This document shows, piece by piece, positions 17,158-24,330 of a stretch of DNA of 64,000 nucleotides (the stretch's first letter is position 1; the number at the start of each line of letters is the position of its first letter). A model generated the notes under the pieces. It did not search any database and had not been told where the DNA came from. It saw nothing but the letters and a program-made list of their open reading frames with translations. The position numbers were made by a program, and so were the translations under genes. The stretch is from an uncultured Candidatus Saccharibacteria bacterium (GTDB taxonomy: Bacteria > Patescibacteriota > Minisyncoccia > Phycocordibacterales > UBA12088): positions 229,997 through 293,996 of the forward strand of contig CAZHFF010000001.1 of assembly GCA_964531785.1 (NCBI GenBank), read 5' to 3'.

Positions 17158-17553
17158 ATGAAGCCCGTCTCATTCATTCGCACCGCGCCAACTGCACTGG
17201 GGGAGGTCAAGAGTGACGCAGGGTACAGGAACCCGCTTTCACTTGACGCGCTGTTGGTGAGTCATCCAACCTCGACGTTCTTTGTTCGTGTCGGGAATGA
17301 TGTGGACGAAGCAGGTGAAGGTTTAGGTGTCGTTGCAGGAGATTTGCTCATTGTGGACCGATCTGTTTTGCCAACACTTGGCAGGCTGGTGCTTGCAGTG
17401 GTTGAGGGGCAACTTGTGCTGCGTCGTTACACAGAACATGAATCTCGTCGGTTTCTTGTTTCTGGAACACCAAAGCCACAGTCTATCGAGCTTACAGACG
17501 AACATAACGTAGTGCTTTGGGGTGTGGTGACTGCAACGGTTCGGCACGTCTGA
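17158..17553 (+). CDS. UmuD-like S24-fold protein lacking the Ser/Lys catalytic dyad
   Basis: Collinear with UmuD and the LexA C-terminal domain (LLVSHPTSTFFVRV..GDLLIVD..VLAVVEG). GDSMIDAG is replaced by GNDVDEAG, and the TVK(K/Y)L lysine by VLRRY. Confidence 0.75.
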   Translation: MKPVSFIRTAPTALGEVKSDAGYRNPLSLDALLVSHPTSTFFVRVGNDVDEAGEGLGVVAGDLLIVDRSVLPTLGRLVLAVVEGQLVLRRYTEHESRRFLVSGTPKPQSIELTDEHNVVLWGVVTATVRHV

Positions 17554-17612
17554 TTTTGCAAATTAGTAGCCTGATCTATGCTAGTTGTGAGTATGTGCTA
17601 TCGTACAATACC

Positions 17613-18080
17613 ATGAAATGGAAGACGCCACCGACCATAAAGATATATGAAGCGCTTGGTGCGATCAGTGACGGGCGTGTCGAGGTTGAGGGGAACGTTG
17701 CCAAGGTCTATTCATCAAGTCGAGGTAAGTACTACGACGTAACCTATGACCCGGTTGCAGGCGCTATCATGGCGAATGACAACGGGTCGTACTGGAAAGG
17801 GTACCTAGGCTACCCGTCGATTGCGTTGCTTATGCTCAAGCAAGTCCTACCTTACGACCTCAGTGTCGCGATGTTGCTCAAAGATATTCCCTGGAAAGAT
17901 ATTAACCAGAAGCATAAGAACAATTTTGATAAAACGTTGTCGTATGTGCTTGGGGCGGTTCTGCACAGGGGAGGGAATGTGCAAGATCTTGAGCGATACG
18001 TGGAGGATATCAAACAACGGGTACAGGCACTGGAGCTCTCACATTTAGGGCCGAGAGCACAGCCGCCGGAGGGATATTGA
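17613..18080 (+). CDS. Hypothetical protein between umuD-like and umuC
   Basis: 155-aa ORF starting MKWKTPPTIKIYE, with a TGCTATCGT box just upstream. No motif recognised. Confidence 0.5.
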   Translation: MKWKTPPTIKIYEALGAISDGRVEVEGNVAKVYSSSRGKYYDVTYDPVAGAIMANDNGSYWKGYLGYPSIALLMLKQVLPYDLSVAMLLKDIPWKDINQKHKNNFDKTLSYVLGAVLHRGGNVQDLERYVEDIKQRVQALELSHLGPRAQPPEGY

Positions 18081-18351
18081 CGCATGGGCGGCTTATAGTA
18101 CGTGGGTACGCATGATGTCAAGAACTGCATCATGAGTACAATGTGTCATCTCATGCTGGTTCTTCGAAACGAAAGAAGCAGGATGCACCGTGCCTCGGTT
18201 GTGAGTAGCACGCAAAGGGCAGATTGGTCTGTTTGCCAGCCTGCCCCTCATGACTCGAGCACCCACGTCATAGGACTTATGGTCGAACCGAATGTGGCGC
18301 TTGAGGCAAAGACCATTGCGGCTGTAGGTCTGCCCAAAATTCTTGCCCCCC

Positions 18352-19878
18352 ATGCTGTCACCCATCACGCTCATCGACTGCAACAACTTTTTTGTAAGCT
18401 GCGAGCGGCTTTTTCGCCCTGATTTGGTAGGACGGCCAGTCGTTGTGCTCTCCAGTAATGACGGGTGTGTGATATCGCGGAGTGAAGAGGCAAAAGCACT
18501 TGGTGTTAAAATGGGTGAACCGTACTTCAAGGTGAAGGACGCGTGCATGAAGCATGGGGTCACGGTCTTTTCCTCGAACTTTGACCTCTACCGCGACCTT
18601 TCGCGTCGTGTCATGCATACGCTACGCAGTTTCTCTGACGATGTTGAGGTGTACTCTGTGGACGAAGCCTTTCTAACCAGAACATCTCTGAAGGCCCCAT
18701 CTGCTTTGTCGCCTTCGTCGTGCGGACTCTCACCGTACTCACAGTACGACTCGAGTCCCCACTCCTCGGCGCCTTGCATCTGGGGTCTTGATAGATGTTC
18801 TGGCGGTGGGTGTACAAAGCACGAGATGTGTGAACTATATGCTTGGGGTCAGCTTATCCGCAGCACTGTGTTTCGTGAAGTAGGTATACCGGTCTCGGTC
18901 GGCATTGCTCCCACAAAGACGCTTGCAAAGGCTGCCACGTACTTTGCCAAACACGCCTCGCGGGCGTATGGGAATGGGGAACGACGAAGTATGGGGGGCG
19001 AGTATGAGAATGAGGCAACGGTTCCGCATACGAACTCCGCATACGAAACTCAGAGCCACGCTCCGTATACGAACACGCTCTGCACACAAGGCGTATGCGT
19101 ATTCATGGACGAGGCGGCACGCACACAAGCCCTCAACATCTTGCCCATTGAAGAGGTTTGGGGAGTGGGGTTCCGCCTTGCCCCAAAGCTTGTTGCGTTA
19201 GGTGTCGATACAGCAGGGAAGCTCGCGGCAATGAACGATGCGTGGATCCATAAAAAGATGAGCATACGGGGCTTGCGCACCGTAGAAGAGCTTCGAGGCA
19301 AGCGGTGCTACAAGATCGGCGAAGATACGGAGCTTAGGAAGTCGCTCCTCCATTCGCAGTCGTTCGGTAGGCCTGTCAAAGACCTACCGGCTCTACGTGC
19401 CGCGGTCGCATACCATGCACGCAAGGTTGCTGAGACCCTGCGTGCCGAGCGTGCCGCAGCTCGGAGCGTTCACGTGACCGTGCGTACCTCGCGCCATGGG
19501 CAAGTGCGGTACGCTGCTGGTGATATGGATATTTTACCTGCACACACGAACAGTACGTTCGAGCTTGTATCCCAAGCGCTTGCCGTGCTCACGCGCATCT
19601 ACCGTCAAGGTTTCCCGTATGCAAAGGCTGGTGTCATGGTGACCGATATCGTTCCGGAGGGCGCGGTACATCCGGTGACATTGTTCGGTGCTGTTCCGGG
19701 TGACGTGCAGCCCCTGATGAAGGCATGGGACGAACTGCGTCACCGCTATGGACCCAACGTGGTGCGTTTGGGTGTCGAAGGCAAGCAGACCGCCTGGGCG
19801 GCTCGCCACGGGCTGCTTTCGCCTCGATACACCACGGACTGGAAGGAGATAGTGATGGTGCAGAAAGTTAAAAGTTAA
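18352..19878 (+). CDS. umuC: Y-family DNA polymerase, UmuC type
   Basis: Collinear with E. coli UmuC: IDCNNFFVSCERLFRPDL..VVVLSSNDGCVISRS.EAKALGVKMG, SVDEAF, and C-terminal LSPRYTT. Two low-complexity insertions. Confidence 0.9.
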   Translation: MLSPITLIDCNNFFVSCERLFRPDLVGRPVVVLSSNDGCVISRSEEAKALGVKMGEPYFKVKDACMKHGVTVFSSNFDLYRDLSRRVMHTLRSFSDDVEVYSVDEAFLTRTSLKAPSALSPSSCGLSPYSQYDSSPHSSAPCIWGLDRCSGGGCTKHEMCELYAWGQLIRSTVFREVGIPVSVGIAPTKTLAKAATYFAKHASRAYGNGERRSMGGEYENEATVPHTNSAYETQSHAPYTNTLCTQGVCVFMDEAARTQALNILPIEEVWGVGFRLAPKLVALGVDTAGKLAAMNDAWIHKKMSIRGLRTVEELRGKRCYKIGEDTELRKSLLHSQSFGRPVKDLPALRAAVAYHARKVAETLRAERAAARSVHVTVRTSRHGQVRYAAGDMDILPAHTNSTFELVSQALAVLTRIYRQGFPYAKAGVMVTDIVPEGAVHPVTLFGAVPGDVQPLMKAWDELRHRYGPNVVRLGVEGKQTAWAARHGLLSPRYTTDWKEIVMVQKVKS

Positions 19879-20020
19879 AAGGCAAAGGTCAAAAGTGTCC
19901 TACGTTCTAGAACCAGCGAATGCAGGGTTGAATTTACCGAAGTAATCGTTGACATATAGAATAGGATATGTTTAGTAGCATCAGAATTTGCGCATCTAGG
20001 GACTTGGGAAGGGTAATTGA

Positions 20021-20335
20021 ATGAATGCACAAGTCGGTATCAGGATGTTTTTCGGCCTCATGTTTGTCGTCGTGCTCGCAGGTTGCGAGGAGTTGACAAG
20101 TACAGAGGATAACAGGGACGCGTGTTCCATTGTTAATTATGGCCAGGGGGTCTTATATTTCTCCTGCACCCGAGACATGTTCGCCAGAACACTGGCGAAG
20201 TGGAGAGAGGAAAATCCCTGTGCCATCAGCGCTGTCACCGGCAACGGAACAGGTGGCGCCGGTTATGACCAGGGATACTTTATATTCCTTGAGTCAACAA
20301 CATGTTCCTTGGGCTCGGAACTTGGGAAAAGGTAG
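20021..20335 (+). CDS. Small lipoprotein, hypothetical
   Basis: Signal peptide with lipobox VLAG|C, six Cys residues, AT-richer codons than neighbouring genes. Confidence 0.6.
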   Translation: MNAQVGIRMFFGLMFVVVLAGCEELTSTEDNRDACSIVNYGQGVLYFSCTRDMFARTLAKWREENPCAISAVTGNGTGGAGYDQGYFIFLESTTCSLGSELGKR

Positions 20336-20356
20336 GCGACCGCTACTATCGATAAG

Positions 20357-20382
20357 GCGACGCGCTCACCCGCGTCGTTTTT
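20357..20382 (+). terminator. Rho-independent terminator
   Basis: CGACGCG-N6-CGCGTCG followed by TTTTTT. Confidence 0.7.
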
Positions 20383-20508
20383 TCTTTTTAAAAAACGGAT
20401 CCTTCCCATTCTTACCTGCACTTTTGCATTTTGCATTTTGACTTTTGAACTTTGAATTTTTCATGTATTTCCATCTTCCTTTCTGTATCCCCACATACCC
20501 TCGATATT

Positions 20509-20517
20509 TGCTATACT
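20509..20517 (+). promoter_or_regulatory. Extended -10 TGCTATACT, 7 nt before ATG 20525 (leaderless)
   Basis: TGnTATACT, then gcgtcct, then ATG. Confidence 0.55.
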
Positions 20518-20524
20518 GCGTCCT

Positions 20525-21364
20525 ATGATTCGTGCGAGCGTGGTGTTGCTGTTGGCGGGCTTTTTTATGTGGGCCCCGTGGATGGATACCACCAGCGGGC
20601 GTACCTCGGTTGATCGGGCGCTTGAAGCGTTCGGGCCGGTTCCCTCCAATTGTTTCGACAGTGACGGGAATGAACTGCAGAACGGACTTGCGACCCGTTG
20701 GTACCCGCTCGGGCGACTAATACATGCGTGCAATGGCGATTATGTGGTCTGGTTTTGGGGAGCGGTCAAGGAAATGGGAGGTGTCTACAAGAAGGCAGAC
20801 GATATCCATGCAAAGCAGGCAAAGCCCCTCAGCTGTCAGAACGTGATCGACCGCCAAGAGGCGCGTCGTGCAACGAGCACTGACGCGACCGTGGTCGTCT
20901 TCGAGGGCCCGTTCGCGACCGAGCCCGATTTCTCGCTCCATCCTGAGGCGCGGGAACACCGCTCAAAGCTCGTCGCGGCGTTGCGCACCGGACCTAACTT
21001 CGCAGGTGCGTTCACCGTCGTTTCATGGGAATGCGGTCAGAATTGCCAAGACCATGCGGTCATGAACTCAGCCACTGGTCAGGTCATAGCCTATGGTCCT
21101 AAAACCGAGTTCTCGCTCGATTACAGCCTCAATAGTACACTCCTCATCACTAACCCGGTCAAGAACCTGCCGGCTCTGAGCGACAGTAACTACGAAGCAG
21201 AGACCATGGCACTCTCGATCGCGCGCTTGCCACGCGAGTACTACCGCCTCACCTCGGACGCGCTGTCGGGGACACAGTACCTGGTCAAGCTTTGCGTTGA
21301 GAGTGCTGCGATCGGGTACATCGCTGTTGCGGACGATCGTATCGGATTAGTGGAGCGGCAGTAG
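20525..21364 (+). CDS. Hypothetical secreted/membrane-anchored protein
   Basis: N-terminal hydrophobic helix. No recognised motif. Confidence 0.6.
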   Translation: MIRASVVLLLAGFFMWAPWMDTTSGRTSVDRALEAFGPVPSNCFDSDGNELQNGLATRWYPLGRLIHACNGDYVVWFWGAVKEMGGVYKKADDIHAKQAKPLSCQNVIDRQEARRATSTDATVVVFEGPFATEPDFSLHPEAREHRSKLVAALRTGPNFAGAFTVVSWECGQNCQDHAVMNSATGQVIAYGPKTEFSLDYSLNSTLLITNPVKNLPALSDSNYEAETMALSIARLPREYYRLTSDALSGTQYLVKLCVESAAIGYIAVADDRIGLVERQ

Positions 21365-21399
21365 CTCGAAATGACCGTTTTGCATCAAGGGACACCTCT

Positions 21400-21408
21400 T
21401 GCTAGCAT
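21400..21408 (+). promoter_or_regulatory. Extended -10 TGCTAGCAT, 6 nt before ATG 21415 (leaderless)
   Basis: TGnTAGCAT, then gtcggt, then ATG. Confidence 0.5.
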
Positions 21409-21414
21409 GTCGGT

Positions 21415-21888
21415 ATGCTCGCTGTAGGTGATCAGGTGCCGCGTGAACTGCGCATGACCGACGAGAACGGTACAGTAGGTACGCTAGGCGACTTGGCCGG
21501 CTCATACCTGGTCGTGTACTTCTATCCGAAGGATCTGACCCCGGGCTGCACTGTCGAAGCAGAGCAGTTTCGAGATGCGCTCCCGCAGCTCGAGGCACTG
21601 AACGCCAAGGTGTTAGGGGTCAGCAAGGATAGCTGCCAGAGCCACATGAAGTTCAAGGAAAAGAAGGGTCTCACGTTCACGCTTGTTGCGGACACGGAGC
21701 ATGAGCTCATGGAGGCGTTCGGCGTTTGGGGAGAACGGAAGTTCATGGGCCGGACGTATATGGGCACCTCACGCTCGACGTTCCTCATTAGCCCGGAAGG
21801 AGTAGTGCTCCATGTGTGGGAAAAGGTGAATCCGCTAGGGCACGCGGAAGACGTGCTGACCGTGCTACGTGCGCAGCGAACCGTGTAG
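21415..21888 (+). CDS. bcp: Thioredoxin-dependent peroxiredoxin (Bcp type)
   Basis: YFYPKDLTPGCTVEA peroxidatic-Cys motif and AhpC/TSA fold length. Confidence 0.9.
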   Translation: MLAVGDQVPRELRMTDENGTVGTLGDLAGSYLVVYFYPKDLTPGCTVEAEQFRDALPQLEALNAKVLGVSKDSCQSHMKFKEKKGLTFTLVADTEHELMEAFGVWGERKFMGRTYMGTSRSTFLISPEGVVLHVWEKVNPLGHAEDVLTVLRAQRTV

Positions 21889-21890
21889 CT

Positions 21891-21924
21891 CCCTGGTTTT
21901 CTATGCCTCGACAGGGCGTTTTTT
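21891..21924 (+). terminator. Weak hairpin with T-run after bcp
   Basis: CCCTG..CAGGG stem followed by CGTTTTTT. Confidence 0.35.
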
Positions 21925-21973
21925 GTGCACGCTGACCATGCGGGTAAAGAGCGCACGTGCGTCAGCCAAAAGA

Positions 21974-22001
21974 TTGACAAAATACGCATACATGCTATAA
22001 T
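21974..22001 (+). promoter_or_regulatory. Promoter TTGACA-N16-TATAAT (with TGc extension), 6 nt before ATG 22008 (leaderless)
   Basis: -35 at 21974-21979, TGCTATAAT at 21993-22001, then aacaac, then ATG. Confidence 0.65.
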
Positions 22002-22007
22002 AACAAC

Positions 22008-23330
22008 ATGAACAACTCTACCCATATATCGATCGCGTACGTGCTCGCCATCTGTGCCGTGGCTGTAACTGTGCCGCTGCGTACTGATGCTGCGTACACG
22101 TTTCGTGGCCAAACGTTCGCAACAGAAGCTGAGTATGTGGCTTTTGTGGGCGAGTATTTGCGCATCTGGCGCGAACTGGCGGAAGGCGTACAAAACGGAG
22201 GCGGTGGTGGTACGAATGGAGCGGTGAACGGGACCTCTGGCACTAACGGCGCAAATGGTGCTAATGGTACCAGCGGGGCGAACGGCACTTCGGGTGCAGT
22301 ATCAGGAGGTGGGGGCGCGGTCCAGACAGCCGGCACGAGAATGGTCGTAACCGGGTTCTCCCGCGACATCGCACACGACAATGCCCGGGTGACCGGTGAG
22401 TTCGAGCTTCGGCGCGACCACTATGCCACGGTGTGGTTCGAGTACGGGACGACCGCAAGCCGCCTTACCGAGATCAGCAACTACGAAGTGCTACAGTCAT
22501 ACGGTACGAAGAAAGCGTTCGACCAACGTGTCAGGGGCTTGCTACCGCAAACCACCTACTACTACCGGGCAGCGATGCGGACCGCAGACGGAAAGACAGC
22601 ATACGGGACGGTCCGTTCCTTCACGACCGGTGTGAACTATGCAAGCAAGGAAGCGTTCGTCGCTGTGACGACCGACAAGGTTGCGAACATCGACGAAGAC
22701 CACGCGACGCTGCGTGCACGTGTGAAATTCATCAATTCCAAGTTCGCACATGTCTGGTTCTACTACGGCACCGACCCGGAAGAACTGACCAAGCATACCA
22801 AGGGCATCCGCCTGTTGCCGAAGGAGCGAACCGTCGAGCATGTGCTCGAGAAGCTTAAGCCTGAGACCACGTACTACGTGCGTGCGGTGGCACAGGACGA
22901 TCTGGGTACGTACAGCTATGGAGCTATCCAGTCGTTCACAACTCGTAAGGATATCGCTAATGAGCAGCCGAAATTCACCCTGGGTAAGCCTGAAGGTGTC
23001 ACCCGGTATGGTGCGACCTTTGCCGGCACGGTCGACATGAAGGATGGCACGAACGGGATCCTGTTCCTGGTGTATGGTGAGCATGCCGAGAGTGTTCGGC
23101 ACGCGGCGACTGTGTACAGCCGCTACTCGGCCATACGTGAGCGAGGTGATGACCTGCAGAAAGCACGCATTATGACGGGAGTATGGGATCGCAACGCATT
23201 CACCCACACGGTCAACGATCTCGAACCCAACACTCGATACTCGTATGCGATCGGCGTCGAGTACACGAACGAAGCAAAGGATCGGGTACTGTTCATGACC
23301 GCTCCAAAGACGTTCACGACGAAAAAATAG
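22008..23330 (+). CDS. Secreted protein: Gly/Asn/Thr-rich tract followed by three FN3-like repeats
   Basis: Signal peptide and NG(T/A)-rich tract. Three ~85-aa repeats each end in L.P.T.YY(Y/V)RA...G..YG...SFTT-like strands. Confidence 0.7.
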   Translation: MNNSTHISIAYVLAICAVAVTVPLRTDAAYTFRGQTFATEAEYVAFVGEYLRIWRELAEGVQNGGGGGTNGAVNGTSGTNGANGANGTSGANGTSGAVSGGGGAVQTAGTRMVVTGFSRDIAHDNARVTGEFELRRDHYATVWFEYGTTASRLTEISNYEVLQSYGTKKAFDQRVRGLLPQTTYYYRAAMRTADGKTAYGTVRSFTTGVNYASKEAFVAVTTDKVANIDEDHATLRARVKFINSKFAHVWFYYGTDPEELTKHTKGIRLLPKERTVEHVLEKLKPETTYYVRAVAQDDLGTYSYGAIQSFTTRKDIANEQPKFTLGKPEGVTRYGATFAGTVDMKDGTNGILFLVYGEHAESVRHAATVYSRYSAIRERGDDLQKARIMTGVWDRNAFTHTVNDLEPNTRYSYAIGVEYTNEAKDRVLFMTAPKTFTTKK

Positions 23331-23333
23331 CAC

Positions 23334-23361
23334 AACAGGCCCGGGGAACCCCGGGCCTGTT
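23334..23361 (+). terminator. Strong hairpin after 22008..23330
   Basis: AACAGGCCCGGGG-AA-CCCCGGGCCTGTT, 13-bp arms, no T-run. Confidence 0.5.
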
Positions 23362-23437
23362 GCTTACCCGCTAGGGTGAAAGGGCTTGCTGCGGTATACT
23401 GGTTCCATGCCGTTCGTGCGGCGAACAGGTTTTGTGC

Positions 23438-24265
23438 ATGCCAACAGAAATTATAGAAGAACCAGGAACAGGGCCTTTGCTTGCTGAGTCACGGTCAGGA
23501 ACGTACGTTTGCAGTAGATGCAGGGCAAAGTTATTCAGTTCTCTTGACAAACAGCTCGGAGCGGACGATTACCCCACCTTCCGCGCGCCGATCGATGACC
23601 GAGCCCTGGAGGAGTACGCGTCATATACCGCCGAGGGAGCCGTACAGACACGACTCCGGTGCCGATCCTGCAGGGCAGAGATCGGCTTTATTGGTGATAT
23701 CGAATTACGTAGCGCTGATGACCTCGAGGAAGGTGAGCGGCAGCGAGAGTACAAAGTCTGGAGCAGGGCGTTGCGCTTCGTTGGGTCATGGTCCGGATGG
23801 ACCCGACCTCTGAGATTGCTCGTGCTTGCTGCGGTAATCGGTGCTGTCGTCTATGCGGGGGCGTACGGCGCGAGTCTTGTGCAAAACTTTATGGGAGGTA
23901 GCGATGGGCGCGAGATCGAACTCTGGCTCGATGGGCGCGACGTGCAAGCAACGCTCGTACGGCTCGATCGTTCAGGTCAGGGAAGCATGCCGAACGTGGA
24001 ATCGGGCACGTTGCTTTTCGTCATACCGCCCGGAAGTGCCGGTGTCCGCGTTCGTCTCGCGAGTGGCCCGTTCGAAGTGCTGTGGCTTGACGAGCGCTTC
24101 ATGACACTGGGTTTTGAAACGCATGATGCAGCAGCAAGCGCCGATGTACTAACGACTCCCGAAACTGCCCGGTATGCGCTCATCGCGACACCGGGCGTGA
24201 TCCCGCGCACGGTGCGCTTGCCCGGGTTCGAGGTGTTCGTTCGCAACAAGGCTGACCTGCTTTGA
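23438..24265 (+). CDS. Hypothetical membrane protein with a degenerate MsrB/Mss4-like zinc-ribbon N-domain
   Basis: CxxC..CxxC pattern (YVCSRCRAKLFSS..LRCRSCRAEIG) resembles MsrB but lacks GWPSF and HLGHVF. One central TM helix. Confidence 0.5.
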   Translation: MPTEIIEEPGTGPLLAESRSGTYVCSRCRAKLFSSLDKQLGADDYPTFRAPIDDRALEEYASYTAEGAVQTRLRCRSCRAEIGFIGDIELRSADDLEEGERQREYKVWSRALRFVGSWSGWTRPLRLLVLAAVIGAVVYAGAYGASLVQNFMGGSDGREIELWLDGRDVQATLVRLDRSGQGSMPNVESGTLLFVIPPGSAGVRVRLASGPFEVLWLDERFMTLGFETHDAAASADVLTTPETARYALIATPGVIPRTVRLPGFEVFVRNKADLL

Positions 24266-24299
24266 GCCTGTGCACAACACGCGTGTCCTGGCGGTACTC

Positions 24300-24308
24300 T
24301 GGTATACT
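24300..24308 (+). promoter_or_regulatory. Extended -10 TGGTATACT
   Basis: Lies 22 nt upstream of ATG 24331. Confidence 0.45.
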
Positions 24309-24330
24309 GCGATCATAACGTCACACATTC

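Larger units (their letters stand above)
19864..20462 (+). mobile_element. AT-rich inverted-repeat-bounded unit carrying a lipoprotein gene
   Basis: Left arm AAAGTTAAAAGTTAAAAGGCAAAGGTCAAAAGTG (19864-19897) overlaps the umuC stop. Right arm CACTTTTGCATTTTGCATTTTGACTTTTGAACTTTGAATTTTT (20419-20462). CAAAAGTG pairs with CACTTTTG. Confidence 0.4.

Noticed and set aside
18097-18110. AGTACGTGGGTACG upstream of umuC, which fits the cyanobacterial-type LexA box pattern RGTAC-N3-DGTWCB.
   Set aside because: It is inconsistent with the much stronger GAAC-N4-GTTC box at the lexA operon promoter. It is a single occurrence, a direct repeat rather than an inverted one, and no promoter is evident around it.
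18093-18563. ORFs 18093..18563 (-) and 18102..18422 (+) filling the gap before umuC.
   Set aside because: The first is largely antisense to the conserved umuC N-terminus. The second runs into umuC out of frame. Both have implausible compositions.
19549-19563. Palindrome CGAAC-AGTAC-GTTCG inside umuC.
   Set aside because: The spacer is 5 nt rather than 4, so it does not fit the LexA box. It is also intragenic.
15101-20462. Integron-like gene cassettes with attC sites, given LexA nearby and ORFs bounded by imperfect inverted repeats.
   Set aside because: There is no IntI integrase and no attI. The arms do not show the RYYYAAC / GTTRRRY core pair; the GTTAAAA-type strings do not fit. The units are interspersed with core SOS genes rather than forming an array.
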